A stretch of 64,000 nt of DNA from a virus (Duplodnaviria > Caudoviricetes), in the IMG/VR virus record IMGVR_UViG_2841096034_000001, one strand, 5' to 3'. The notes beneath the pieces are model-generated. The model was not told where the DNA came from, did no database searches, and saw only the letters and a program-made list of their open reading frames with translations. Position 1 is the stretch's first letter. The number at the start of each line of letters is the position of its first letter. The position numbers and the translations under genes are program-made. Below, in pieces: positions 35,892-46,224 of the stretch.

Positions 35892-38231
35892 TTATGGAAA
35901 CTCGACGACGAACCATTGAATGAAGTAGCGCTGACCTGAATCGCCCCTGCGTACATTTAATGTAGTAGCGTCTGTAAGTTCCAGGGCCCACTCGACGTCC
36001 GCCCCGTCCAATCCAGACGAATAAAGGCTTTCACTGTAAAAGACCGCGGCCTTATTCATGTCTACCGCAGAAATAGTAACGTTTAAAGCGCTTAACGTCG
36101 TATCAATATATCCGCTTTGTACGTTCACACCATCCTGGAATTCGATGACTTCCCAGGAAAAGTACCTTTGGGTATTGTAGTTATTCGCTGATGATAACTC
36201 AATTTCGCTTGAGGTATTAAATTTGGCTAATACCTTAGTTTTTTGGATCGTCGCTGTGGATGCATCGCTTGTATGAAAACCCTTTGGCAAGACAATCGAT
36301 TTACTTAAGTCCACAGGGCTTATAGTTACAATACGGGAATAACCAGACCCTGAATTATTTCCACGCTGCACGCTCTTGATCGCGCTTGTCGTGATTCCGT
36401 TTACCCCGTCCGTCAGTTCCTGGAAGGTCGGTATTCCGTCACTGTCAGCGTCCGCGACTGTTCCACCTTTGCCAATAACGGCGTCGCGGACCTGTTGTTT
36501 CCCGTTACTGACAGATTGCTTTAAATCGACGCCATCCACAGTTACAGAAGCGAAGGAAACGTCGGCGCCTTGATTCGCGATCTCCGCCCAAGGACGCCAC
36601 CCATTATTATCACTAAATCGATGGAATATTTTATTTGTCGTCACGTCCATGAATAGCTGCTTTTTATAAGCAGAAGTATATACCTGCTGTATAAGGTACC
36701 CATTTGATCCCGAAGGCGATCCGTTTAAATTGCCATTTGAAAGGTAATAGAATCCCGCCCCGTTTGGTACGTTATCGACATGGTAGTCGATCCGCTTTGC
36801 CTGGGTACCTAAACCATATGATTCTGCCCAGTCTTGCACAGCATTGGCTTTCGCCTGGGCGCCTGCGGTTGTTTCCTGTTCTTTCCACGGTTCCCAAACA
36901 TCTGACGCCTTTGTTCTAGTATAAACCCTGTTCATTCCAGAAGTAGGATAAACCCCGATAGCCACCTGAGAAGCAGCCGTTTTTGATACTTTTATATGAA
37001 TTATGGAATAGGTGTCTGTCGTAGGCGCGTTTACTAGGTCAAAACCGTCGTAAAATCCTGTATTATCAAGAGTGTCTACATCCGTTTGCTGTGCCAGCTG
37101 CTTCGTATCAGACCCTAATCCAAAACTTTTCGCCCAGTCTTGCACAGCATCGGCTTTCGCCTGGGCGCCTGCCGTTGTTTCAATCGTCTTTTTATCCCAG
37201 GTTATCGGGTCCCCCGCGGTCATTGTAGCGTTGGTACTTTCCCATACTTGAGAACCACTATGATGCCCTGTTTTTATAACAGTCGCCTTTACATTACTAC
37301 GCTCGAAGGTCCATTCCCCAGTATCTTCGTCATGTTTAGCGTTATGCGCTATATAGGTCCCGTAATCTAGCGTAGTACCGTCACCCTGGTACTTCATCCA
37401 TCCCAGCGCGCCGTAGACCCCTATGCGACCATGCCAGATACGGGCGTCTGTTTCTAAGTCACCTGTCATTTTGTCGCCTGACTTATGGACGACTTCGCTG
37501 TCGACGGCGATCTTTGCCCACTCGTTCCAAGTGCCATTAACTTTTGTTCTCATATAGTTGTCTTGATTATGAAGGTCAATGTAAATCTGACTCGCATAAT
37601 CCATTCCAGGATGATGCTGATGGATAAGATAACCTGCGGCTGTCGGTTGATTTGTTGCGTCAGTTCCTATATAGAAAAACCCGTTGGTAGTGACATTGTC
37701 TAAATTTCCCGTAAAGCGTGAAGGTGTGCCTAGACCCATGCTTTTCGCCCAGTCTTTGACTTCTGTCGCTTTCGTTTGTGCGCCTTCGGTTGTTTCCATT
37801 TGAACCCATGAGGACCATACCCCATTAGAACATATCCTCTTATACATATTACCTACCGTACTTCCGCCCGAAGGGAAATAAACCTGTATTATATATGCGG
37901 TATCTATAGAAGTAACAATACAGAATCCGTTTGTATCGCCAGGTCGATTAAGTGCTGCTGTTTGTCCATAGTAAAAACCCGACTTATAAAGATTGTTAAA
38001 ATCACCTGAATATAGGTTTGCTGTTGTACCTAGCCCGAAGCTTTCAGCGTAATCTATCGCCGCTTGTTCGGCGTCATTCGCCTTCGTTTGGGCACCGTCT
38101 TTCGTTTCAACTGTTTGATCAATCTTTTCCCAGTTCTCATTCAACATTGTGGTAACATTAAAATACATTTCATCTTTGGGATCTTCACTTGTTACCATGT
38201 AGAGGTCAAGGTTATTTGTATTATTCGGCAC
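35892..38231 (-). CDS. tail fibre with repeated pyocin-knob-like modules
   Basis: LNENWEKID N-terminus; four ET.xGAQ.KA...(W/Y)A.S.GLG linkers, each followed by a GFY...W..W knob-like module. Confidence 0.85.
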   Translation of the reverse strand: MPNNTNNLDLYMVTSEDPKDEMYFNVTTMLNENWEKIDQTVETKDGAQTKANDAEQAAIDYAESFGLGTTANLYSGDFNNLYKSGFYYGQTAALNRPGDTNGFCIVTSIDTAYIIQVYFPSGGSTVGNMYKRICSNGVWSSWVQMETTEGAQTKATEVKDWAKSMGLGTPSRFTGNLDNVTTNGFFYIGTDATNQPTAAGYLIHQHHPGMDYASQIYIDLHNQDNYMRTKVNGTWNEWAKIAVDSEVVHKSGDKMTGDLETDARIWHGRIGVYGALGWMKYQGDGTTLDYGTYIAHNAKHDEDTGEWTFERSNVKATVIKTGHHSGSQVWESTNATMTAGDPITWDKKTIETTAGAQAKADAVQDWAKSFGLGSDTKQLAQQTDVDTLDNTGFYDGFDLVNAPTTDTYSIIHIKVSKTAASQVAIGVYPTSGMNRVYTRTKASDVWEPWKEQETTAGAQAKANAVQDWAESYGLGTQAKRIDYHVDNVPNGAGFYYLSNGNLNGSPSGSNGYLIQQVYTSAYKKQLFMDVTTNKIFHRFSDNNGWRPWAEIANQGADVSFASVTVDGVDLKQSVSNGKQQVRDAVIGKGGTVADADSDGIPTFQELTDGVNGITTSAIKSVQRGNNSGSGYSRIVTISPVDLSKSIVLPKGFHTSDASTATIQKTKVLAKFNTSSEIELSSANNYNTQRYFSWEVIEFQDGVNVQSGYIDTTLSALNVTISAVDMNKAAVFYSESLYSSGLDGADVEWALELTDATTLNVRRGDSGQRYFIQWFVVEFP

Positions 38232-38243
38232 CTGACATCCCTC

Positions 38244-38795
38244 CTAAAAAGAAAAAGCATCCAATGTGGATGCTTCCATTTCATTTATTGTTAATTTCTC
38301 AACTTCATCAATAAAGTAATACCTGAATTCAAATTCAAACGGCAAGTGAGCTGGTATTATTCGCAATACACTTTCTCTTACATCATCCAAGTTTGAAGGC
38401 ACCCCATAAAAACTGGTAAAAGCAACGATGATTATTCCATTTTCAAACCTAGTCTCTACTTGACCGTTTGTATATGCATCAACCACTCTTTTGAGCAGAA
38501 TATTATGGGATGCATCGCCTTTACGCATTTTTGCTTTAACTACTGATCTTCTTTCTTCTAGGGAGTTTTTATAAGACGCATTTACCCCATACTCCTTCTC
38601 CCACCACTCGATGGTCCATGTTGCCGTATTAATAGAAAACTGTAATAATATTTCATCTAAGATATCTTGGATCTTACCTAATTCATCTCCCCTTATGTCC
38701 ATTAGCATTCTCATGATATCAGAACGTTCATAAAGGTCTGGTAAGCTATTAAACAACCTTTCTCCTACAGGAATCGACTCGTCTACAAATATCAT
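38244..38795 (-). CDS. xkdU: baseplate protein XkdU/YmfQ (DUF2313)
   Basis: TATWTIEWWEKEYG, IPAHL. Confidence 0.85.
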   Translation of the reverse strand: MIFVDESIPVGERLFNSLPDLYERSDIMRMLMDIRGDELGKIQDILDEILLQFSINTATWTIEWWEKEYGVNASYKNSLEERRSVVKAKMRKGDASHNILLKRVVDAYTNGQVETRFENGIIIVAFTSFYGVPSNLDDVRESVLRIIPAHLPFEFEFRYYFIDEVEKLTINEMEASTLDAFSF

Positions 38796-39904
38796 GTGTA
38801 ACTGACACTCCCTAATGAAGCCGAATCTGTTCTGGATAATGTTATATTTTCTAAGCTCCCGTTTAAGGTTATATCTCCAAAATCGAGCACGCCTTCAGCT
38901 TGAATTATAGCTGCAGCGACACCTTTAACTCTAATAACAGCTCCCGGATCAAGCTGATTAAAATGTTGATCCAGTGCTTCCTCTACATTCCCTTTAACTT
39001 GACTTAGGGAATAATTATCTGTTGGTTGTAATGCTGGAATATTAACATCAACTACGAATGGATCGACAGTAACTACAGTGACTATAGCTCCTATAGGTGC
39101 TTCACCCAAGCCTGCCCCATCTTGAGTAGGGTCAATATGGGTTTGAACTTCTTGTACTACCTCTGGTGATGCAGGGTTATTGTTACGGTCAAAGATAATT
39201 AATCGGACGGTATTAGCCCCGTCCCATAATGAATCAACTAACACGGTTCCTACACTTGCAATTTGCTGAGCCCATGTTACATAGTCGCTGATATTACCTG
39301 CGCCGTCCGCTTTTTGATTATCTTCAAGAATTCTTTTTCTTAAAGACTCATCACTTTCAATGTCAAACCCTCCAGAAGTACCTGTTGAGTTTTGAACAGC
39401 AGTTACTCCATCAAGGTTTGTAACCAGGATACTTATGGAGTAAGGTTTTACGTTACCACTTCTCCCTGCATTAACCGCCTGTATCCCTATGTTAACTTCA
39501 CCATCAGTATCTATTGAGAGCTCTTCTGTAGTCTCGAATTCAATAGAAGGTGTAATATTGTCAGCCGGCGTTGCTACTCTAGTTCCTGCTGGGATTATAG
39601 TGCCGGGTTCTCCTGAGAGTTTAGTTTCTCCGGTCGCTTTCACTGCGTCTTGTCTGGTCAATCCACGCTCAGAAGCTTTATGATCTAAATAAACACCAAA
39701 AGTTGTAGAAACAAACCCTCTTTGTAAGACCTGTCTGCACCACTCAGCCGTTTTAGCAAGCTCAGGCGATAATGGAGCCATGGTGTCCCATATAAAGGTA
39801 CCTTCTGATTTATCTAAATCGTTCCCCATAGCATCGAGCATTCTTTGGAGAATTTCTTCTTCTGATTCTTCTTCTAAAAAAGATGGTAAAGGCAACTCAT
39901 TCAT
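38792..39904 (-). CDS. xkdT: baseplate J-like protein
   Basis: DKSEGTFIWD, GGFDIESDESLR, GNISDYVTWA. Confidence 0.9.
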   Translation of the reverse strand: MNELPLPSFLEEESEEEILQRMLDAMGNDLDKSEGTFIWDTMAPLSPELAKTAEWCRQVLQRGFVSTTFGVYLDHKASERGLTRQDAVKATGETKLSGEPGTIIPAGTRVATPADNITPSIEFETTEELSIDTDGEVNIGIQAVNAGRSGNVKPYSISILVTNLDGVTAVQNSTGTSGGFDIESDESLRKRILEDNQKADGAGNISDYVTWAQQIASVGTVLVDSLWDGANTVRLIIFDRNNNPASPEVVQEVQTHIDPTQDGAGLGEAPIGAIVTVVTVDPFVVDVNIPALQPTDNYSLSQVKGNVEEALDQHFNQLDPGAVIRVKGVAAAIIQAEGVLDFGDITLNGSLENITLSRTDSASLGSVSYT

Positions 39905-40365
39905 GATGAAAAGTTCACCTCCCCGTTTACTGTGCCTGATACGTTTCGAATACTTTGCACCTCAAAATCAAACGAAACTTTATCTTTTTCCCAACCAAAG
40001 TTGAAATTTCGAACATTCGCTGTTCTGGGATCAACTTCCAAACATTCAGTAGTCATACGTTTTATTTCACTCTCGATAGCTTCTTTGGTTAATCCTCTTC
40101 CTAATACATCATTAAACTCCTGGCCAAAGTCCTCAGAATAAATCAAACTACTATACCTTCGGGTTCTGACTGCTTTCTTGCACCACTCAATCCAAGAGTC
40201 TTCTCCATCCACTTGAACAAATTTACCTGTGGGGGAAATCGAAAACTCACCTGTTTCATAATCAAATACAACACTTCTACCAAACCTAATGACATTACCA
40301 GGTTCTCCTGAAGTAATATTAGTTTCTGCCTGTTGGTACGCTTTCTCAGGAAAGAGTTTGCTCAT
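39901..40365 (-). CDS. xkdS: baseplate protein XkdS (DUF2634)
   Basis: WCKKAVRTRRY..LIYSEDFG, ECLEVDPR. Confidence 0.85.
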   Translation of the reverse strand: MSKLFPEKAYQQAETNITSGEPGNVIRFGRSVVFDYETGEFSISPTGKFVQVDGEDSWIEWCKKAVRTRRYSSLIYSEDFGQEFNDVLGRGLTKEAIESEIKRMTTECLEVDPRTANVRNFNFGWEKDKVSFDFEVQSIRNVSGTVNGEVNFSS

Positions 40366-40637
40366 CTTGCCACCACCTTGCTGATGATTACATGATCTTG
40401 GCCACCATTAACCAACAGAACTACCACACGGTCTCCCTTGGATAAACTACTGGATTGAGATAGTTGTTCGGCAAGAAGATAGTCAGAGATGGGTTCTTTA
40501 AAATTGTCTAACTTTAAATCGAGACGCTCGTTCATTGTCCCCAACTCACCTCCAAGCCCTTGCATGGTTCTTGAAGCGTGTTGTCGATTGCTATTATATA
40601 AGTCTTTAGCTACTTCTTTAAAAGGATCCCTGGTCAT
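40362..40637 (-). CDS. baseplate spike-like protein (XkdR/DUF2577-like)
   Basis: LSKGDRVVVL motif; position. Confidence 0.65.
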   Translation of the reverse strand: MTRDPFKEVAKDLYNSNRQHASRTMQGLGGELGTMNERLDLKLDNFKEPISDYLLAEQLSQSSSLSKGDRVVVLLVNGGQDHVIISKVVAR

Positions 40638-41589
40638 AATATTTCCTCCTGATATGATCAAGTGAGCCCATTTCAAGTGTCATAAATCCGCTTGCTTTTA
40701 AGTCGCGTTTTACTGAAATAACATACTGTTGCGCATTATCAACTTCCACTAGATCACCTACTCGAATTACGTTAATATCTAGCCCTCTTACGGTAGTAGT
40801 CTGATCTATCCCTGCCAGCTGTTTGTTTCCAGCTTTTTCAGCATCTTTTTTTGTTTTGACCTTATCATCTTGTAAGATCTTTTGAAGAGTACCGAACTTC
40901 TCAGTATCTTTGGACACTGTAGCAAGCACAGGTGTTTTTTTGTCTTCTTCCTCTTTCCCTAGGACTTTCACTTGTGTTACAGCACTTTCAAGTGTTTTTC
41001 TATTTCTAACTTCTTCATTGGCTTCTAAAATCCAAACATCTCTGTTACTCCCAAAAGGAACTAAGTCCAAACGATTCCTGTTCATCCGGGGGATAAACAA
41101 ATCTCCCCCTTTATCGGACGTCTCAGACAGGTCTCTTTGAATCATTCGGTAGATTGGTTGTGCCCTATATACAGACTTGGCCAATGCTATATGAGTATCA
41201 GATATCTCCCCAAGAGGAATTTCCCAATCAGAGGCATATTCTTTCAAACGATGAGAAGCAGTCTTTCCCTTGGAAAATAAATATTCATCCTCACTTTTAG
41301 CTAAATAAATTGAGCGATCATATGCCTCTATAGATATATTTTTGAGTCCTTTCTTGGCGTCATCTACATCCCATATAACACCATTAAATATTTCTCCGTA
41401 AGAAGTGGTATTAAATAATTTACCAGTCACCTTAAGCTCATCCCCACCTGTTATTACAGGTAAGTCGGGGTGACTTTTTATTGTTAAACTCATCCTTACG
41501 GCAACACTATCCAGCTCTTCTTCCATGGATATATCCTGAAGCAAGTCATTAAGAATGTACTCATTATTTAATACAATCTCATAATTCAT
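40618..41589 (-). CDS. xkdQ: baseplate hub protein
   Basis: AYDRSIYLAKSED, KFGTLQKI; position after the LysM gene. Confidence 0.8.
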   Translation of the reverse strand: MNYEIVLNNEYILNDLLQDISMEEELDSVAVRMSLTIKSHPDLPVITGGDELKVTGKLFNTTSYGEIFNGVIWDVDDAKKGLKNISIEAYDRSIYLAKSEDEYLFSKGKTASHRLKEYASDWEIPLGEISDTHIALAKSVYRAQPIYRMIQRDLSETSDKGGDLFIPRMNRNRLDLVPFGSNRDVWILEANEEVRNRKTLESAVTQVKVLGKEEEDKKTPVLATVSKDTEKFGTLQKILQDDKVKTKKDAEKAGNKQLAGIDQTTTVRGLDINVIRVGDLVEVDNAQQYVISVKRDLKASGFMTLEMGSLDHIRRKYYDQGSF

Positions 41590-42218
41590 GGCATGACCAA
41601 CTTCTGCCCTGGATAAATCAAGTCTGGATTTGATCCAATAGTGGATTTATTTTCCGGTATCTTATAAATCGATGGCCATTTACTTCCGCTACCTAACTCA
41701 CTTTTAGCGATATCCCATAAGTTATCTCCTTTAACGACAACATAGACCTTTGGTTTTGGTTTTGATGGTCGTGATTTGGGCTTTTCTGATTTAGTGCTTT
41801 TTCGAATTTTAATCTCTTTGTATGCCCTGAATTCAATATCAAAATAAAGATCGCCAGGCTCACCTCCACGGATTTGTGGAGAGATACTGGCGATTCTGTA
41901 CATGTCATTTATGGGACTTTCAGTGATTAATAATCGTATTGGCTTTCCTGATTCTCTCACTTTCTCTAATTTTTCAAAAGCATCATGCGGATCCGGAATG
42001 TCTTGATATTGACAATAGGAATCAGAGTGTAGAGGAAAAAAAGAAGAGAATGCAACGGTTGGCACCCTCTCTCCAGTAGGAATATCTACTTCCCCTACAT
42101 CATTAATATCGATTGTCTCAATCATTTTTTCTCTTATGATATCCACAGTCTGTGGGTTAACAGGAAAATGAAAGTCTCCAAACTCCGATGACAAAAGGTA
42201 AAAGTCCATACCGTGCAC
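41586..42218 (-). CDS. xkdP: LysM tail tube initiator
   Basis: FPVNP, FSSFFP, YVVVKGDNLWDIA...NPDLIYPGQKL. Confidence 0.9.
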   Translation of the reverse strand: MHGMDFYLLSSEFGDFHFPVNPQTVDIIREKMIETIDINDVGEVDIPTGERVPTVAFSSFFPLHSDSYCQYQDIPDPHDAFEKLEKVRESGKPIRLLITESPINDMYRIASISPQIRGGEPGDLYFDIEFRAYKEIKIRKSTKSEKPKSRPSKPKPKVYVVVKGDNLWDIAKSELGSGSKWPSIYKIPENKSTIGSNPDLIYPGQKLVMP

Positions 42219-42221
42219 CTC

Positions 42222-45200
42222 CTACGATTTATTTGACAAGTAAGCTTTCAGTTCTTTCGCGAATCTCCAACCTACTTCTTCAGCGATTTCATCAATTCTC
42301 TCGTCCAAGTTATCTCCGTCGCCTACCACAACTTGTCCTATCATCCCTTCAAAGTCCATTTGAATGTGAGTTTCTCTTCCATTATCACCAGAGTAGTCCT
42401 CTTCCGGTGCTTTGTATTCGGGCGCTTGATATCTAGGTGCATTCCCTACGATTCCACCTTCTGCATAGGGTTTAACACCGAGCGCTTCACCAGTCTGTTG
42501 CCATAAGCCAAGAGCTCTGTCTCTTCTCTTAGCACTTAAAGGAATGATAGACTCTGGACCATCTTCGGCCACTAATCCTACGTGAGGGCTGCTTAATATT
42601 CCGCCCTCTGCATGAGGTGTGATTTTGTTCATGACCCAAGAGGCGCCCCTTGAAATAGAGCTACCTAAGCTTGATGCAGTGCTCTTCGCTTTATTAAAAG
42701 CGCTAGTGACCGCACCTGCCAAACGGGATCCCCAGCTGCGGAAAGTACCTACCAATCCACTGAAGACACTGGATGCTGAAGGAGCAATACGAGCGATGAT
42801 TCCAGCAACTCCTCCAGGAAGTCCTCGGACACCACTGATACCGCTAGATTCAGCACTCTTCATTCTGGAGAGGAACAAACTAGTTAGAGGACTCAACTTC
42901 CCTGAAGATAACCCTGGCAATCGTCCTAGGATGCCTCCGACACCGCCAGGCATTCCACTCACTCCGCTAACACCTGAATCTCCTGCTGAACCCATCATAG
43001 AGCCGAACAACCATCCAAGAGGGCTGAGTACTCCTGATGAAATCCCAGGAAGTCTACCTAGAATACCACCTACGCCTCCAGGCATGCCATTTATACCTTG
43101 GATACCCTGACGGCTTGCTCCTCCCATTGTTCGACCAAGTACACCACCCAAAGGAAATAAAGCAGCTGCACTTGCGCCTGGTACGCTCCCAGCGATTCTG
43201 CTTACTCCTGAAGGCAATCCGTTAATTCCTGATAACCCGTCCTGTTTGGCAGAACCAAACCATCTGCCGAACTTGGGACCTAGTGCCCCTAAAATAGAAC
43301 CTGCATTCCTCGGGAGATTCTGTACCGTTTTCTTGAAGCCAGAGGAGAACTCATCGACTTTTTCTTTTGCGGGACCGAAATTTAGTTTCTTAGCAAAATC
43401 GAATGTTTTCCCTCCGAGTAATCGTCCGAGCGAATCCCCGCCAATAGATCCGGCTATACCTCCAACAGTTCCGCCAATAGCTGTTCCTATGCCAGGAACC
43501 ACAGAACCGATTGCAGCTCCAGTTGCGGCTCCGCCTAAACCTCCAGCCATTCCTCCGGCCGCTTGTGATTTGGCTCTTCCGCCTTTGGCAGTCATCATTT
43601 CAAGAGCACCTAAAGCCCCGCCTAATAGAGGCACCTTCTTAAGGAAGCTTTTACCTTTTGATAAAAATCCAACAGCCGGAGCTTTAGGAGGGGTGGGGCC
43701 TTGTGGTGGTTTAGGTGTTTTCGTTTTCCTGGTTCGAGCCTGCTCTTTCCTACGCTGAGCCCGGGTCATAGCAGTGGCCGCTCCCCCAGAACCAGGTCCG
43801 CCACCTTTTCCGCCTTTCTTGCTACCGATTAAACCTTTAGTCTTTTTACCTAGCCATCCTGCTAGTTTAAAGCCACCAAGCTTCTTCGTTAATCCAGCAA
43901 GTATCGCTGTCGCAAACACGGTACCTAACATGTTCCCTTTGCTTTCGAAAGTGCTAGAGTACACGTTTCCAAGTGATTCGAGAGCTTTGTTGATAATCTT
44001 TCCTAAATCGAAGTTATCTGCAAAACCCTCCAAGAAAGAACTAGCTGCGGTTGACCCTGCGTTTACGAACGGGCTTTGGTCCTCTTCTTCGGCCTTTATT
44101 CCTGCTAGTGCCATTAACGCAGCACCGAAAGCAGAACCTACCCCCTCACCCATCGTAGTGGCGACAGATTCCATTGCACTGCGACCAGGACCGTCATACC
44201 ATTCAGCAAATGGCTTAGCTACGAATTCATCCCAAGCAATGTTCATCTTGCCTAAAAAGTCGGCTTCTTTAAATTCACCAGACGTGACTACATCAACTAC
44301 AACCTCAACACCTGCGTTTAGTTTCTTAGACATAGACTTACCGAAATCCTCGATAGCTTCCTGGTTGTTTGTTATGAAGGACTCAAGTCTCCCAAGTTGG
44401 TCGGTAAGATTTTCTACGAACGATCGAGCTGCTGGCCCTAGACCCTTTTCTCCACCAATTACCATGAGCATACCGCTCCACGCAGATCCAAGCATTCTTA
44501 CAGAGTTATATAAAGTGTCCCTCATCGTTCCTGCCATGTCTGACGCGGCGTCTTCAGAATTGGCAAGTTGTTCTGTATAATCAGCTATTGCTTCTGACCC
44601 TGTATCCATAAGTTTTGAAAAAGCAGGACCAGCTTCAAGACCGAATATTCTGTAAGCTTGAGCTCCTTTTAACCCAGCAACCTCTGCTGCTTTGACGATT
44701 CCGGGAAGGTCTTTCAATTCACCAGACGAATTGGTGACACTGACTCCTAAACGATCAAGCTCTTTACGCGCCGTACTTGTCGGATCGACCAGCTGTGCAA
44801 AGATTCCTCTTAAGGCTGTACCTGCCCTTTCACCTTGAATACCCGCTTTACTAATCAAACCGATTGCTGCAGAGGTCGCTTCTATCGTCTGACCTGCATC
44901 AGCTGCAGCAGGGGCTGCGTAGGATAGAGCATTTCCTAATTGTTCAACATTCGTATTTGCCGTGGCTTGTGTCTTAGCCATGACATCTACTATTCGTTTG
45001 TATTGATCGATATCGTAACCAAATCCAGTCAAAACATTGGAAGAAATGTCGGCTGCCCTAGCTAAGTCCAGTTGACCAGCAGTTGCTAAATCAAGTGTTT
45101 GAGGCAGAGCTGACATAGATTCATTGGCCTTGAAGCCTGCCATTGATAAATAACCCAGTGCATCAGCAGTTTCTACTGAAGTGTACTCCGTTGATTTACC

Positions 45201-46040
45201 TAATTCTTTTGCCAAGTCACTCATATCGGCAAACTCTTTCTTTGTAGCCCCCGAAACAGCTTGTACTTTGGCCATAGCTTGCTCAAATGCTCCCGCTTCT
45301 TTCAAAGCACTAACACCGAGAAGACCAGGACTCAATGCAATAGCGCCCGCTCCCATCATCACCGGGAGCGAGGTCATCATGTTTCTTAAGCCTTCAAAAG
45401 ACCTACGAATTCCCCTAAATACTGCGAAGGTTCTATCCTTAGCTGTTATGGTTATTTCCCAGGCCCTAGAGGATACTTTGCGTAGTTTGCTATTCACTTG
45501 TTTAAGCTTGGTCGATACCTGGTCCGAAAGGGAGACGCGTGGTCGAACTCGAGCATTCCCGACCTTTTTGATTAGTTTCTCTGTTCTGTTGAGCTCTCTC
45601 ATCAATGATCCTTGCAGGCGTGATTCAGGGGTCAGTACACTGCTGTCAATCTCTTTGAGGTTCTTCTTCGTCCTAGTAATGTCACGTAGTAGAGAACCCT
45701 TGGTTTTCATCGTTACTTCTACATCTTCCTTTGATAAAGATTCAAGAAGTTTGTCAGTACGTTTCACTACTGAAGTAACTTTATCCTTTGCATCGATCAC
45801 TGGTTGAGCTCTTGTGTTGCCTAATCTTTTAACCAGTCGTTCTGCTTTATTGACCTTTTTGGTCATGCGGTCTCGTGCATTTATGATTGGACTTACCTTC
45901 ATGCTCTTCAGCGCTCTCGCTCTACGCTGTGTCCTGTCGAACGTTTCTTTGATGCGCTTCTCAGCACGCTTGGCCCTTCTTATGGCATCGTCATCATTCA
46001 CATCAAAGATTATTTCCTCCCGGTAAAATTCATCAGCCAT
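42222..46040 (-). CDS. tape measure protein (TP901-family core)
   Basis: FEQAMAKVQAVSGA...LSMAGF core; G/S-rich repeats; HAEGG...AEDGPE C-terminus. Confidence 0.92.
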   Translation of the reverse strand: MADEFYREEIIFDVNDDDAIRRAKRAEKRIKETFDRTQRRARALKSMKVSPIINARDRMTKKVNKAERLVKRLGNTRAQPVIDAKDKVTSVVKRTDKLLESLSKEDVEVTMKTKGSLLRDITRTKKNLKEIDSSVLTPESRLQGSLMRELNRTEKLIKKVGNARVRPRVSLSDQVSTKLKQVNSKLRKVSSRAWEITITAKDRTFAVFRGIRRSFEGLRNMMTSLPVMMGAGAIALSPGLLGVSALKEAGAFEQAMAKVQAVSGATKKEFADMSDLAKELGKSTEYTSVETADALGYLSMAGFKANESMSALPQTLDLATAGQLDLARAADISSNVLTGFGYDIDQYKRIVDVMAKTQATANTNVEQLGNALSYAAPAAADAGQTIEATSAAIGLISKAGIQGERAGTALRGIFAQLVDPTSTARKELDRLGVSVTNSSGELKDLPGIVKAAEVAGLKGAQAYRIFGLEAGPAFSKLMDTGSEAIADYTEQLANSEDAASDMAGTMRDTLYNSVRMLGSAWSGMLMVIGGEKGLGPAARSFVENLTDQLGRLESFITNNQEAIEDFGKSMSKKLNAGVEVVVDVVTSGEFKEADFLGKMNIAWDEFVAKPFAEWYDGPGRSAMESVATTMGEGVGSAFGAALMALAGIKAEEEDQSPFVNAGSTAASSFLEGFADNFDLGKIINKALESLGNVYSSTFESKGNMLGTVFATAILAGLTKKLGGFKLAGWLGKKTKGLIGSKKGGKGGGPGSGGAATAMTRAQRRKEQARTRKTKTPKPPQGPTPPKAPAVGFLSKGKSFLKKVPLLGGALGALEMMTAKGGRAKSQAAGGMAGGLGGAATGAAIGSVVPGIGTAIGGTVGGIAGSIGGDSLGRLLGGKTFDFAKKLNFGPAKEKVDEFSSGFKKTVQNLPRNAGSILGALGPKFGRWFGSAKQDGLSGINGLPSGVSRIAGSVPGASAAALFPLGGVLGRTMGGASRQGIQGINGMPGGVGGILGRLPGISSGVLSPLGWLFGSMMGSAGDSGVSGVSGMPGGVGGILGRLPGLSSGKLSPLTSLFLSRMKSAESSGISGVRGLPGGVAGIIARIAPSASSVFSGLVGTFRSWGSRLAGAVTSAFNKAKSTASSLGSSISRGASWVMNKITPHAEGGILSSPHVGLVAEDGPESIIPLSAKRRDRALGLWQQTGEALGVKPYAEGGIVGNAPRYQAPEYKAPEEDYSGDNGRETHIQMDFEGMIGQVVVGDGDNLDERIDEIAEEVGWRFAKELKAYLSNKS

Positions 46041-46224
46041 TCAATCCACCTCCTTGCTGCTGTTTTCTTCTCTTGTTTTCTTCTTCAATATCAAAAATAA
46101 CCCCCTGATATATGAAACGCTTCTCCTCAGGAGGGAGGTTCCAGATATCAGAAGGATATTTACTTAGCTTCTTGGAAGCTTCCCAGACGAGAAAACTTAT
46201 TCCTCGTCGGGATAGGAGTTTTTT
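46033..46224 (-). CDS. tail assembly chaperone -1 frameshift extension (gpGT-like)
   Basis: Slippery A AAA AAC at 46224-46218; -1 frame reads KKLLSRRGISFLVWEASKKLSKYPSDIWNLPPEEKRFIY... Confidence 0.75.
   Translation of the reverse strand, partial: KKLLSRRGISFLVWEASKKLSKYPSDIWNLPPEEKRFIYQGVIFDIEEENKRRKQQQGGGLNG

Noticed and set aside
36826-37181. Tail fibre repeats as DGR template/variable region or shufflon
   Set aside because: Differences are not adenine-specific, both copies are coding and direct, and no reverse transcriptase or invertase is in the window
42700-43250. ~40-aa periodic GMPGGVGGILGRLPG repeats
   Set aside because: Ordinary tape measure periodicity; DNA copies are diverged, not a CRISPR array or DGR
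42619-46026. Long plus-strand ORFs (163-268 aa) opposite the tape measure gene
   Set aside because: Antisense shadows of a Gly/Ala/Ser-rich gene; no RBS or recognisable motifs
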